A stretch of DNA of 64,000 bases from an uncultured Candidatus Saccharibacteria bacterium (GTDB lineage Bacteria > Patescibacteriota > Doudnabacteria > UBA920): NCBI GenBank assembly GCA_964597895.1, contig CAZQZS010000001.1:81008-145007 (forward strand), in the 5' to 3' direction. The notes under the pieces are model-generated. The model saw only the letters and a program-made list of their open reading frames with translations. It was not told where the DNA came from and searched no databases. How positions within the stretch are numbered: the stretch's first letter is position 1; each line of letters begins with the position of its first letter. Made by a program: the position numbers and the translations under genes. This document shows positions 54,338 to 64,000 of this stretch, piece by piece.

Positions 54338-56623
54338 ATGACCTCACAAACCATTACCACCCAAGTTGGTGGCAAAGAGTGGAAGTTTGAAACCGGCAAG
54401 TTAGCCGGTCAGGCCAATGGCGCGGTTTTAGCACGCCTAGGCGATACGGTAGTACTAGCTACTGCAGTTATGAGCAAGCAAGTTCGCGAGGGGATGGACT
54501 TTTTCCCATTGCTCGTGGATTATGAAGAACGTTTATACGCTGCTGGAAAAATTAAAGGCAGCCGCTGGGTCAAGCGCGAAGGTCGCGCCACCGATGAAGC
54601 TATTTTGACCGGCCGTATTATTGACCGCACTCTGCGGCCAATGTTTGTTGACAACATGCGTAACGATGTACAAGTTGTTGCAACTGTTTTGTCTGTGGAC
54701 GGTGAAAATGACCCCGACATGGTGGCTGTAAATGCTGCGGCAATGGCGCTGCATATTTCTGACATTCCTTTTGACGGGCCGGTAGCCGGTGTCCGCGTCG
54801 GAAAAGTAGACGGCCAGTATGTAGTCAATCCAACCAACTCTCAGCGCGAGCAATCTGATTTGGACTTGATTGTTTGCGGTACTGCCGTGCACATCATTAT
54901 GGTAGAAGCAGGGGCTAATTTGGTGCCTGAATCTGATATCGTTGGCGGAATTGAATTTGCCCAGGCGCATTTAAAGGAGCTTACTGATGTCCAAGCTGAC
55001 TTCCATAAACAAGTTGGTAAAACCAAAGCTACTCCAATTATCAAAGAATATTCTGCTGAAGTAATGGAAAAAGTAACAGCCTTGCTTACAGACGATAAGA
55101 TTGAGGCTGCTGTTTACGTGCCTGTTAAAGCGGAGCGCGATATGAACATCCAGAATCTGACAGCAGAAATTACAGAGCAAGTTAAGGCAGAACTTGGCGA
55201 GCGAACAGATATTAACATCGCCAAAGAAGTAGCAGGTAGCGTTGATAAACTTCTCAAAAAGTATCAGCAAAAGCAAATTTTAGAAAACGAACGCCGTGTG
55301 GATGGTCGTAAATTAAACGAGACGCGCTTGATTACCGCTGAGGTTGGCGTATTACCTCGCGCTCACGGCAGTGCTTTGTTCACTCGCGGGGAAACCCAAA
55401 TCCTAACCGTGGTTACGCTCGGCAGCAAAGGCGATGAACAGTTGTTGGATGGCATGGATGATCCAACCGAAGGCCGGGCCAAGCGTTACATTCACCATTA
55501 CAATTTTCCTGGCTATAGCGTTGGTGAAGTTTCGCCGATGCGCGGTCCAGGCCGCCGCGAAGTTGGTCATGGCGCGCTCGCTGAACGCGCAGTAGAAATT
55601 GCTTTACCAAAACAAGAAGACTTCCCTTACACTATGCGGCTCGTGTCTGAAACCATGTCTTCTAACGGTTCTACTTCCATGGCGTCTACCTGCGGTTCAA
55701 CACTCTCACTTATGGATGCTGGTGTGCCAATCTCTACTATTATTGGTGGTGTGGCTATGGGTTTGGTCATGGATGAGAGCAATCCAGAGAAATTTAAAGT
55801 TCTAACCGATATTGCTGGCATTGAAGACTTTAATGGTCATATGGACTTTAAAGTAACCGGAAATGAACAGGGTGTTTCTGCTCTCCAATTAGATATCAAA
55901 GTAAAAGGTTTGACTGCAGCAATTTTGGCGCAAGCTTTAGAAGAAGCCAAGCCAGCTCGTATGCACATTCTTTCCAAGATGAAAGAAGCTTTGTCTGAAC
56001 CTCGTCCGGAACTTTCACCTTATGCTCCTCGGATTGTTTCCTTTATGATCAAGCCAGATCAGATCCGCGACGTTATCGGCAGTGGCGGGAAAACCATTAA
56101 CGGCATTATTGCGGAATGTCCTGGCGTCAAGATTGATATTGAAGACGACGGCTTGGTAATGGTAGCTTCAGTTGATGCAGAAATGGGCCAGAAGGCTGTA
56201 AAGATGATTAAAGATTTAACTCGGGAGATTGCAGTTGGTGAAGAATTTGAAGGTAAGGTTGTTCGTATTATGGACTTTGGTGCGTTCGTAGAAATTCTAC
56301 CTGGCCGTGATGGCATGGTGCATGTTTCGCAGCTTGCTAACTATCATGTTAATAAAGTAGAAGACGTCGTAAAGTTGGGCGACATGCTCAAAGTAAAAGT
56401 TCAGGAAATTGACGATCAGGGACGCATTAATTTAACACATAAGCCTTACGCACCAGCTCCAACTCCAGAACAGCTGGCAGCGGCAGGTGAGCGCGGCGGC
56501 CGCGGTTTTGACTGGAAGCCAAAGTTTGGCGGCGGTCGCGGCGGCGATCGCGGTCCGCGTGGCGGCGGAGCGCGAGACGGTCACCGTTCCCGTGCACCGC
56601 GTCCAAATGGCGCTAATAGATAA
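54338..56623 (+). CDS. pnp: polyribonucleotide nucleotidyltransferase (PNPase) with RGG-rich C-terminal tail
   Basis: Two RNase PH domains, KH and S1 domains; ATG 54338 with RBS aagga preferred over upstream TTG. Confidence 0.9.
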   Translation: MTSQTITTQVGGKEWKFETGKLAGQANGAVLARLGDTVVLATAVMSKQVREGMDFFPLLVDYEERLYAAGKIKGSRWVKREGRATDEAILTGRIIDRTLRPMFVDNMRNDVQVVATVLSVDGENDPDMVAVNAAAMALHISDIPFDGPVAGVRVGKVDGQYVVNPTNSQREQSDLDLIVCGTAVHIIMVEAGANLVPESDIVGGIEFAQAHLKELTDVQADFHKQVGKTKATPIIKEYSAEVMEKVTALLTDDKIEAAVYVPVKAERDMNIQNLTAEITEQVKAELGERTDINIAKEVAGSVDKLLKKYQQKQILENERRVDGRKLNETRLITAEVGVLPRAHGSALFTRGETQILTVVTLGSKGDEQLLDGMDDPTEGRAKRYIHHYNFPGYSVGEVSPMRGPGRREVGHGALAERAVEIALPKQEDFPYTMRLVSETMSSNGSTSMASTCGSTLSLMDAGVPISTIIGGVAMGLVMDESNPEKFKVLTDIAGIEDFNGHMDFKVTGNEQGVSALQLDIKVKGLTAAILAQALEEAKPARMHILSKMKEALSEPRPELSPYAPRIVSFMIKPDQIRDVIGSGGKTINGIIAECPGVKIDIEDDGLVMVASVDAEMGQKAVKMIKDLTREIAVGEEFEGKVVRIMDFGAFVEILPGRDGMVHVSQLANYHVNKVEDVVKLGDMLKVKVQEIDDQGRINLTHKPYAPAPTPEQLAAAGERGGRGFDWKPKFGGGRGGDRGPRGGGARDGHRSRAPRPNGANR

Positions 56624-56661
56624 ACTTAACTGGGCCACAACTGTGGCCCTTTGTTAACTTC

Positions 56662-57825
56662 ATGGCTTATTTTGATATTACAAAAAAAGACCCCAACTCC
56701 CAGGCCCGACTCGGGGTTATTCATACTGCGCACGGCGATGTGCAAACACCGCAGTTTTTACCTATTGGCACAAAAGGCACAGTAAAAACTGTCACCAGTG
56801 AAGAACTAAAGTTTTGGGGCGCGACCATGGTGCTGGCCAATACTTATCACTTGTGGCAACGCCCAAGTGATGTTTTGGTTTATAAAGCGGGTGGCCTGCA
56901 CAAGTTCATGAACTGGAAAGGCCCGATTTTTACCGACTCTGGCGGTTTTCAAGTTTACTCATTAGCGAAGATGCGCAAAGTCATGGAAGCGGGTGTGTTA
57001 TTCCAATTTGATTTAGATGGTAAGCAAGAAATTCTTTCCCCAGAAAAATCCATTCAAATTCAAGCTAACCTAGGTAGTGATATTGCGTTAATTTTAGATG
57101 ATTTTCCTGGCTACCCATTTGAGTATGAACGAAGCAAGCAGTCAATTGAATTAACCGAGCGTTGGGCGGAACGGGCAGTGCGTGAACACAAACGCATTGT
57201 TGAAGATGGTGATCCTGTTAATCCAGGTCAAAAGTTGTGGGGGATTGTTCAAGGTGCAAGTTTTGAAGACTTGCGCAAGCAGTCTGCTGAAACCATGGCT
57301 AATTTTGGTTTCGAAGGTTTTGCTATCGGTGGCGTGGCAGTTGGTGAACCGCACGAAGAAATGATGAAGGCTATTGAGTATGCCATTCCGTATTTGCCAG
57401 AAACAGCGCCAAAGCACTTGCTTGGCGTTGGAACGCCTTTTGATATTGTCCAAGGTGTGGCGCGCGGATGTGACACTTTTGACTGCGTTATTCCCACCCG
57501 CGAAGCTCGTCATGGCCGTCTATATATTTCTGCAAAGGACGAAGCAGGTAATGACGGCTATCAAACTATTGATATTCGTCTGGAAAAGTTTAAAGAAGAC
57601 TTCACGCCGATTGATTCAACTTGTAATTGTTATGCTTGTTTAAACCATACGCGCGCTTATGTCCGACATTTGATGACTAGCGAAGAGTTGTTAGGAGTCA
57701 GGCTAGCAACAATGCACAATTTGCGTTTTTATTTAAACTTGATGGAAAAAATTCGCAAAGCGATTGAGTTTGATTATTTTGATGATATGATTAAAAATTT
57801 CCGCGACCTTACCAAAAAGAAGTGA
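56662..57825 (+). CDS. tgt: queuine tRNA-ribosyltransferase
   Basis: 387 aa; Tgt catalytic region and zinc site CxCxxC...H. Confidence 0.9.
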   Translation: MAYFDITKKDPNSQARLGVIHTAHGDVQTPQFLPIGTKGTVKTVTSEELKFWGATMVLANTYHLWQRPSDVLVYKAGGLHKFMNWKGPIFTDSGGFQVYSLAKMRKVMEAGVLFQFDLDGKQEILSPEKSIQIQANLGSDIALILDDFPGYPFEYERSKQSIELTERWAERAVREHKRIVEDGDPVNPGQKLWGIVQGASFEDLRKQSAETMANFGFEGFAIGGVAVGEPHEEMMKAIEYAIPYLPETAPKHLLGVGTPFDIVQGVARGCDTFDCVIPTREARHGRLYISAKDEAGNDGYQTIDIRLEKFKEDFTPIDSTCNCYACLNHTRAYVRHLMTSEELLGVRLATMHNLRFYLNLMEKIRKAIEFDYFDDMIKNFRDLTKKK

Positions 57826-57883
57826 TATAATTTTATTATCTAGTTCAGTACAAGGGGAAATCTCAAACCGTAGGAGGTCGACC

Positions 57884-58036
57884 ATGGGATACAATGACGA
57901 TAACCGGAACGATGGTGGTGTTGTGTTGATTATTTTCGTCATAGTTCTTGCCTTCTTAGTGATTTGGTTAAAGCCAGGGTTTTTTGCCCAAGTACCGTCC
58001 AAACAGAGCGCTGTTAGCTATTTCACAGATAGGTGA
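57884..58036 (+). CDS. small hypothetical membrane protein (50 aa)
   Basis: Strong RBS aggaggtcgacc before ATG; one TM helix. Confidence 0.4.
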   Translation: MGYNDDNRNDGGVVLIIFVIVLAFLVIWLKPGFFAQVPSKQSAVSYFTDR

Positions 58037-58102
58037 GTCCCTCGAAAAGTCTCTAGTGAGGCTTTTCTTTTCGTTTGCGTGGTTTTTTGCTATAATTCCT
58101 TC

Positions 58103-59431
58103 ATGAATACGCCTGATTTGATGGATAAAATTGTCTCCCTGGCCAAACGTCGGGGTTTTGTATTTCCTGGTTCCGAAATTTACGGTGGCCTAGCTAACTC
58201 ATGGGATTATGGTCCTTTGGGTACTGAACTAAAGAACAACATCAAGAATTTGTGGTGGAAGCGCTTCGTGCAGCAGCGCGACGACATGGTAGGGATTGAT
58301 GCGGCTTTGGTGATGAACCCAAAAGTTTGGGAAGCTAGCGGTCATTTGGCTACTTTTACCGACCCGTTGGTTGAATGTAAAAAGTGTAACGAACGTTTGC
58401 GGGCTGACAACTTGCCCGAAGATTTAAACTGCGCTAAAGGCGGTCAGCATGAATTTACCGAAGCCAAGCAATTCAATTTAATGTTGAAAACTTTCCTTGG
58501 TCCTGCCGAGGAAGCAGCAAACGTGGCTTACTTCCGTCCGGAAACTGCACAGGCGATGTTTGTTCAGTTCAAAAATATTGCCACAACTTCTCGCAAACCC
58601 ATACCATTTGGTATCGCTCAAGTTGGAAAAGCTTTTCGTAACGAAATCACTCCAGGAAATTTTGTGTTTCGAACTCGCGAGTTTGAACAAATGGAAGTTG
58701 AGTATTTTATTCCTCACCCAAAAAGCGATGAAGAGTGGAATAAATATTTTGAAATGTGGCGTGTGGAAATGAATAAGTGGCTTAGTGATGATTTGAAATT
58801 AAACATGGATAGCGTTCATGAAGTTGAAATTCCAGAAGCCGACCGCGCGCATTATTCTAAGCGCACAATAGATTTTGAGTTTGATTATCCATTCGGCCGT
58901 AAAGAACTTTATGGTCTGGCCTACCGCGGCGATTTTGATCTGAAGAATCATCAGGATGCAAGCGGCGAAAATTTGGAGTATACAGATCCTCATACCAACG
59001 AAAAATATTTACCGCACGTGATTGAGCCGAGCTTGGGCGTGGACCGCAGCGTGCTGGCAGTGCTCTTGTCACACTACCATGAAGACGGCGAGGGCGATGA
59101 TAAGCGCGTTTGGCTCTCTTTGCCAGCTAGACTCGCGCCTTATAAAGCTGCGGTGTTCCCACTTCTCAAGAATAAGCCAGAATTAGTAGACAAGGCTCGC
59201 TCTATATATGATGAGCTGCGCAAGCATTTTAGCGTGGCCTGGGATGATCGCGGTAACGTAGGCAAGCGCTACTTTAGCCAAGATGAAATCGGCACGCCTT
59301 ATGGCATTACCGTTGACTTTGAGACTTTAGAAAACAACACTGTTACAATCCGCCATCGCGACACCATGCAGCAGGAACGTGTTAACGTGGATGATCTAAA
59401 GAATAAGATTCAAACTAAATTAGAAGAATAA
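58103..59431 (+). CDS. glyQS: glycyl-tRNA synthetase, single-chain class II (GlyQS type)
   Basis: Class II motifs; TATAAT (58091-58096) 6 nt before ATG 58103, so the GTG at 58079 is probably not the start. Confidence 0.85.
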   Translation: MNTPDLMDKIVSLAKRRGFVFPGSEIYGGLANSWDYGPLGTELKNNIKNLWWKRFVQQRDDMVGIDAALVMNPKVWEASGHLATFTDPLVECKKCNERLRADNLPEDLNCAKGGQHEFTEAKQFNLMLKTFLGPAEEAANVAYFRPETAQAMFVQFKNIATTSRKPIPFGIAQVGKAFRNEITPGNFVFRTREFEQMEVEYFIPHPKSDEEWNKYFEMWRVEMNKWLSDDLKLNMDSVHEVEIPEADRAHYSKRTIDFEFDYPFGRKELYGLAYRGDFDLKNHQDASGENLEYTDPHTNEKYLPHVIEPSLGVDRSVLAVLLSHYHEDGEGDDKRVWLSLPARLAPYKAAVFPLLKNKPELVDKARSIYDELRKHFSVAWDDRGNVGKRYFSQDEIGTPYGITVDFETLENNTVTIRHRDTMQQERVNVDDLKNKIQTKLEE

Positions 59432-60718
59432 ATGAAATATCACAAACGAGTTTTAAAAAATAAATTAACTATTATCGAAGTTCCTTCCACTGATGCCGAA
59501 AGCGTAGTGGTGGATTTTTTTGTGAAGACAGGTTCGCGCAGCGAAACAGCAAAGGAAAACGGCATCTCGCACTTCCTGGAGCATTTCTTATTTAAAGGAA
59601 CCAAGAAGTATCCAAGCGCTATGGCGATTACCGAATTAGTAGACGGTATTGGCGGCGAAATGAATGCCAACACTGGCAAAGAACATACCCAGTACTTCAT
59701 TAAAGCTCATCATAGCCGCTTGGAAATGATCTTTGAAATTCTCACAGACATGATTCAACAACCGTTGTTGGACAAGCCGGAGCTGGAGCGAGAGAAAGGT
59801 GTTATCGTAGAAGAAATTAACATGTATCAGGATAGTCCTCGTTCGGTAGTAGCAAATTTGTTAGAGGAGACGATGTGGCCCAAGCAGGCACTGGGCAGAG
59901 ATATTGCCGGCACCCCAGAAACTGTGACGAAATTTACTCAAGCTATGTTTAGAAGTTATCTTGAACGCCACTACCAAACCGGCAACATGATAGTTGGCAT
60001 TTCGGGTAAATATGATCGCAAGAAACTAAATTCTCTCATCAAAAAATATTGGGAAAAAATTCCAGCCAAAAAGTTTAACGGCTGGGATAAATCCAAAAAC
60101 CATCAAACTGAACCACGCGTAGCAGTGAAGTTTAAGGATACTCAGCAAGCTCACTTTGACTTGGGTTTTAAATCTTTTGGCTACGATGATAAGCGCGGCC
60201 GGATTGCCGCGGTACTCAGTTCGGTGTTGGGCGGCGGCATGAGCAGCCGGTTGTTTACAGAGATTCGCGAGAAGCGGGGATTGGCCTATTATGTTCGCGC
60301 CGGGCAAAGCGCCTACATTGATACCGGTGTCTTTGATATTTCTGCTGGAGTCCAGGTGGCAAAGTTAGAAGAGGCAGTTGCGGTCACTTTGCAAGAATTG
60401 GATAAAATCAAGGCCGGTGATATTTCGGATAAAGAGTTAGTCAAAGCCAAAGAGTACTTAAAAGGCCGCACTACTATATATTTGGAAGACAACCAGGCTC
60501 GGCTTGATTGGTTTTTGGAGCAAACAGCATTTAAGAAGGAAGTAAAGACTCCGGCTCAGGCTTTTAAGGAAATTGATAGCGTGACTAAGGCGGAGATAGT
60601 AAAAATCGCCAAAGACTTGTTTGTGCCAGAAAAATTGAGTTTTGCCGTGGTCGGCCCATATAAAAAACCGATGGAAGCCAAAATTAACAAAATTATCCGA
60701 GCATGGGCAAGCAAATAG
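59432..60718 (+). CDS. M16-family zinc peptidase (pitrilysin/insulinase-like)
   Basis: HFLEHFLFKGT inverted zincin HxxEH motif. Confidence 0.8.
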   Translation: MKYHKRVLKNKLTIIEVPSTDAESVVVDFFVKTGSRSETAKENGISHFLEHFLFKGTKKYPSAMAITELVDGIGGEMNANTGKEHTQYFIKAHHSRLEMIFEILTDMIQQPLLDKPELEREKGVIVEEINMYQDSPRSVVANLLEETMWPKQALGRDIAGTPETVTKFTQAMFRSYLERHYQTGNMIVGISGKYDRKKLNSLIKKYWEKIPAKKFNGWDKSKNHQTEPRVAVKFKDTQQAHFDLGFKSFGYDDKRGRIAAVLSSVLGGGMSSRLFTEIREKRGLAYYVRAGQSAYIDTGVFDISAGVQVAKLEEAVAVTLQELDKIKAGDISDKELVKAKEYLKGRTTIYLEDNQARLDWFLEQTAFKKEVKTPAQAFKEIDSVTKAEIVKIAKDLFVPEKLSFAVVGPYKKPMEAKINKIIRAWASK

Positions 60719-61575
60719 CACACTCTCTGATTGGCTGCCACGTTTCTATTGCCGGCGGGTTATTTAATGCGCCAGCTCGCGCTAAAGAACTAGGTTGCGA
60801 AACTTTTCAGATTTTTAGTCGTAGCCCGCAAGGTGGGGCCGCGCCAACAATAACCAAAGACACCCAGCAGCAGTTTGCGGCCGAGATGAAGTCTGCTGGT
60901 CTGGATACCTTTGTGATTCACGCGCCGTATATTTTAAATTTTGGCTCAGGCAAAAAATCCACCTTTCATGGGTCGGTAAACTTGGTTCGCACTGATTTGG
61001 AGCGGGGCAGTCAGCTCGGCGCTAAGTATGTGATGTTTCATCCCGGCAGTTTTAAGGACCTCGGCGAAGTGGCTGGCATGAAGCAGGCAAAAGAAGGCCT
61101 AAAACAAGTGCTGGATGGGTACAAAGGCACCACCAAGCTGCTCATAGAGATTTCGGCAGGAGCCGGCAGCGTGATCGGCGATACTTTTGAAGAATTGGCC
61201 GAGCTGATGAAGCCGATCCGCAAGAACAAGCATTTCGGCGGCATTTGCTTTGATACCCAGCATGCCTTCGGCAGCGGTTATGATCTGCGCGATGAGGCTG
61301 CAGTCAAGAAATTATTCAAGCAATTCGATAAAGTCATTGGTTTAGAGTATTTTGCCATGAGCCATGTCAACGATTCCAAGGTAGAATTAGGCTCCCATCG
61401 CGACCGTCATGAGCATATTGGCGACGGGCATATCGGCAAATCCGGCTTCAGCGCTTTCTTGGCCGAATTATCTCGTCGTAAAATGGAAATTCCCTTGATT
61501 CTGGAAACTGAGCATGATAAAGTTGAGTCAGATATTAAATTACTCAAGGTTTTAAGAGATAAAGCCAAGAAATAA
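60703..61575 (+). CDS. nfo: endonuclease IV (AP endonuclease family 2)
   Basis: 290 aa TIM-barrel with Nfo-like metal-binding His/Asp/Glu pattern. Confidence 0.8.
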   Translation: MGKQIAHSLIGCHVSIAGGLFNAPARAKELGCETFQIFSRSPQGGAAPTITKDTQQQFAAEMKSAGLDTFVIHAPYILNFGSGKKSTFHGSVNLVRTDLERGSQLGAKYVMFHPGSFKDLGEVAGMKQAKEGLKQVLDGYKGTTKLLIEISAGAGSVIGDTFEELAELMKPIRKNKHFGGICFDTQHAFGSGYDLRDEAAVKKLFKQFDKVIGLEYFAMSHVNDSKVELGSHRDRHEHIGDGHIGKSGFSAFLAELSRRKMEIPLILETEHDKVESDIKLLKVLRDKAKK

Positions 61576-61770
61576 AAGAAAGGTCATATGGGATTCATGA
61601 GCGAGATAGCGCCAGGATTTGGCGCAGAGGTAACAAAGAATTATCCAGAACTCAAATTAGTCGATATCAAAGAGATGTCGGAAATGAGTTATCATCGCAA
61701 TAATTTTGTTGAATTAGGAAAAAGCGTTGATCCCAGCTTTGAAGCTCCGGAAAGCAACTAGTACACACAT

Positions 61771-62001
61771 ATGGACGAAAAATTAGAAAAAATCATACAT
61801 TTGATTGAACAGTCTGCGCTTGATAGAACAATCAAAGATATTTTAATTCGCGACATTCAGAACGAGGGGTTGACTGATTTTTTGCGTGAACAGATTCGCG
61901 TCTACTGTTTGGAAGGCATTAAGCAACTTGATGCCCAGATGGCTGAGGCTAAAGCAGCTCTTGAAAACAATCCCGACCAATCATCCGAAAATCCAGCCTA
62001 G
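61771..62001 (+). CDS. small hypothetical protein
   Basis: 76 aa ORF; no recognisable family. Confidence 0.3.
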   Translation: MDEKLEKIIHLIEQSALDRTIKDILIRDIQNEGLTDFLREQIRVYCLEGIKQLDAQMAEAKAALENNPDQSSENPA

Positions 62002-62033
62002 CTGGATTTTTATGTTTTGATATAATTTAATTA

Positions 62034-63050
62034 ATGGAATATCGTTTAGACAACTCAACTAAGATCATCCTCCGTGTGGTGGTTATTTTGCTGGTCTTGA
62101 TGTTTTTGTGGCTCATCCGCGATATCGTGATCGTAGTTCTGCTGGGCTTAGTGTTGGCTTCTGCTATGGAGCCGATGGCAGATTATTTTCACAAATATAA
62201 AATCCCGAAATTTGTCAGCGTTTTGGCGGCCTACATTTTAGTATTTGGCCTCTTTGGTTTAGTGGCAGCATTAATGGCACCTCTAGTAGCGGATCAGGCG
62301 AGAGTTTTGGCGGCTAATTTACCGGCCCTGGCGGTTGAGCTTCAGGCGCGCTATCCAAACCTAACTATCTTGTTTGGTGGGGCCAACTTGTCTGCCATTG
62401 TGGATGCGCTGTTATCCAACAGCGGTTTTGGTAGTAATTTATTTGACCGCACTTTAGGTTTGTTTAATGGATTGGTAGCAATTGTCACTGTGTTGGTAAT
62501 TTCCTTTTACTTGGTGGCTGCCGATCGCGGCATGAAGCGTTTCGTCGGTGAATTGGTTCCAAAACAGTATCAAGACACTACAGTTCGCCTGATTGCGAAA
62601 ATTCAGAGAAAAATGGGAATGTGGGTTGTTGGCCAGTTTATCTTGAGCGTCTTTATTTTTGCTTTGACTTATATCGGATTAAGTATTTTAGGGGTAGAGT
62701 ATGCTTTGGTGTTAGCGCTGATCGCTGGCTTGCTGGAAGTCGTGCCATATATTGGTCCGTTCGTGTCAGCGATACCCGCGGTATTTTTTGCATTAATCCA
62801 GAGCCCGCCGCTCGTAATCGGTGTGATTGTGATGTATATTCTAATTCAAAAAACCGAAGGCTATATTTTAGTGCCAAAGATTATGGAAAAAACTGTTGGC
62901 ACTTCGCCTCTGGTCGTACTACTAGCTTTATTAATCGGGTTTAAATTGGCGGGGATTTTGGGCGTCCTCTTGGCTGTGCCTTTGGCCGGGGCGATTACTG
63001 TGATTTTGCAAGAATTCTTTCATACTCAACCAGCCAAAGCCGAAGGCTAA
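62034..63050 (+). CDS. AI-2E family transporter (second copy)
   Basis: 338 aa multi-TM; UPF0118 conserved region LLEVVPYIGPFVSAIP. Confidence 0.75.
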   Translation: MEYRLDNSTKIILRVVVILLVLMFLWLIRDIVIVVLLGLVLASAMEPMADYFHKYKIPKFVSVLAAYILVFGLFGLVAALMAPLVADQARVLAANLPALAVELQARYPNLTILFGGANLSAIVDALLSNSGFGSNLFDRTLGLFNGLVAIVTVLVISFYLVAADRGMKRFVGELVPKQYQDTTVRLIAKIQRKMGMWVVGQFILSVFIFALTYIGLSILGVEYALVLALIAGLLEVVPYIGPFVSAIPAVFFALIQSPPLVIGVIVMYILIQKTEGYILVPKIMEKTVGTSPLVVLLALLIGFKLAGILGVLLAVPLAGAITVILQEFFHTQPAKAEG

Positions 63051-63116
63051 TCGGCTTGTGAGTGCATAGATAAATAGCTATAATAAAAGAGCTCAATTTA
63101 GAGCTTTTTTACGTAT

Positions 63117-64000
63117 ATGAACAACAAATTTTTCGTCACTACCGCAATTGACTACATCAATGGCAAGCCTCACATTGGCCATTCTTACGAGAAGGTCGCA
63201 GCAGATGTGCTGGCCCGTCTTTATCGTGCACAAGGAAAAGATGTGCGTTTTTTGACAGGCACAGATGAACACGGCGCCAAGATTGAGAAGTTTGCCGCGG
63301 ACTCTGGTTTGCCAATTGAACAATTTGCTGATGAAGCAGCTGCGGGATTCAAGCTAGCTTGGGATAATTTAAATTTGAGCTACGATCGATTCATCCGCAC
63401 GACCGACGAAGATCATGTCAAAACTGTTGAAGAGCTAGTCACGAAAATTAAAGATAATGGATTTTTGTACGAAGCTGATTATGAAGGCTTGTACTGTGTT
63501 GGTCATGAGGCGTTTATCACTGAAAAAGATTTGGTGGACGGCGTTTGCCCAGAACACAAAAAAGCGCCGGAGTTGATTAAAGAAAAAAACTGGTTCTTTA
63601 AAGTTTCTGCTTTCACAGACACTATCAAGCAAAAAATTGAAAACAATGAGCTTCAGATTTATCCAGAACATTCCCGTAAAGAAATTTTGGCAATGCTAGA
63701 GGAAGGCTTTAATGATATTGCCGCAACTCGCCCAAATGTAAAGTGGGGAATACAAGTTCCTTGGGACAAAGAGCAAACCATTTATGTTTGGGTTGATGCG
63801 CTAATCAATTATTACACTGGCGGTAAAGATTTTTGGCCGGCAGATGTTCATGTGATTGGTCCGGACATTGCTAAGTTCCATTGTATTATCTGGCCAGCAC
63901 TACTGCTTGCGGCAGGTTTGGATATTCCGAAAAAAGTTGCGGTTCATGGCTTCTTAACTTTAAATCACGAAAAAATTTCTAAGAGCACAGGCAATATCAT
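63117..64000 (+). CDS. metG: methionyl-tRNA synthetase, N-terminal part (3' end outside window)
   Basis: HIGH motif (KPHIGHSY), zinc knuckle, KISKS variant at window end; absent from ORF track because no stop codon. Confidence 0.85.
   Translation, partial: MNNKFFVTTAIDYINGKPHIGHSYEKVAADVLARLYRAQGKDVRFLTGTDEHGAKIEKFAADSGLPIEQFADEAAAGFKLAWDNLNLSYDRFIRTTDEDHVKTVEELVTKIKDNGFLYEADYEGLYCVGHEAFITEKDLVDGVCPEHKKAPELIKEKNWFFKVSAFTDTIKQKIENNELQIYPEHSRKEILAMLEEGFNDIAATRPNVKWGIQVPWDKEQTIYVWVDALINYYTGGKDFWPADVHVIGPDIAKFHCIIWPALLLAAGLDIPKKVAVHGFLTLNHEKISKSTGNI

Noticed and set aside
63093-63323. 76-aa minus-strand ORF
   Set aside because: It is antisense to the clearly recognisable metG start (HIGH motif) on the plus strand.
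1-64000. CRISPR arrays, rRNA genes, transposases or IS elements
   Set aside because: No short regularly spaced direct repeats with unique spacers, no rRNA-like conserved stretches, and no transposase-like ORFs were seen. The repeats present are tRNA-associated tandem units and paralogous gene segments.

Overview
This 64-kb window reads like a compact, gene-dense bacterial chromosome segment. Almost all genes are housekeeping or cell-envelope genes. The gene content (proteins with lamin-tail-like domains, a type IV pilus assembly operon, single-chain glycyl-tRNA synthetase, several M23 peptidases, very little metabolism) suggests a small-genome, host-attached bacterium such as a Patescibacteria/CPR lineage. 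That assignment is inference only.

Recognisable genes:
- Translation and RNA metabolism: rpmF, nusB, hup, rpsO, pnp, tgt, glyQS, the start of metG, a BipA/TypA GTPase, a DEAD-box helicase, RluB/RsuA-type and Dus enzymes.
- Pilus: a pilB-pilC-pilM-pilN-pilO operon.
- Transporters: two AI-2E transporters, an ABC exporter and an EamA permease.
- Glycoside hydrolases (GH1 and GH5-like), FAD oxidases, several peptidases (two M23, an S1 and an M16) and endonuclease IV.
- A Xer-type tyrosine recombinase.
- Eight tRNA genes (Gly, Pro, Lys, Arg x3, His), all on the minus strand.

I found no CRISPR array, rRNA or obvious transposase.

The unusual content is mostly non-coding or paralogous.
1. A cassette of two about 745-aa acidic secreted paralogues shares a 480-nt block of 100% identical DNA. 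The two genes flank an ECF sigma/anti-sigma pair, and each is preceded by a related palindromic operator-like site.
2. tRNA genes are repeatedly followed, 140-200 bp downstream, by duplicated fragments of their own 3' ends. This is arranged as a 200-bp tandem array at tRNA-Gly. There is also a 121-bp tandem repeat built on the 5' end of tRNA-Pro.
3. A roughly 120-nt module carrying a perfect 22-nt palindrome occurs three times near tRNA genes, with compensatory substitutions preserving the palindrome.
4. Two hairpins flank a tRNA-Arg pair. Their 24-nt loop sequence is conserved, but their stems are entirely different yet still complementary.
5. A roughly 70-nt motif with a covarying helix occurs in the rpmF leader and again between tRNA-Gly and tRNA-Pro.

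None of these could be matched to a known RNA family from sequence alone. All need covariance or homology searches.
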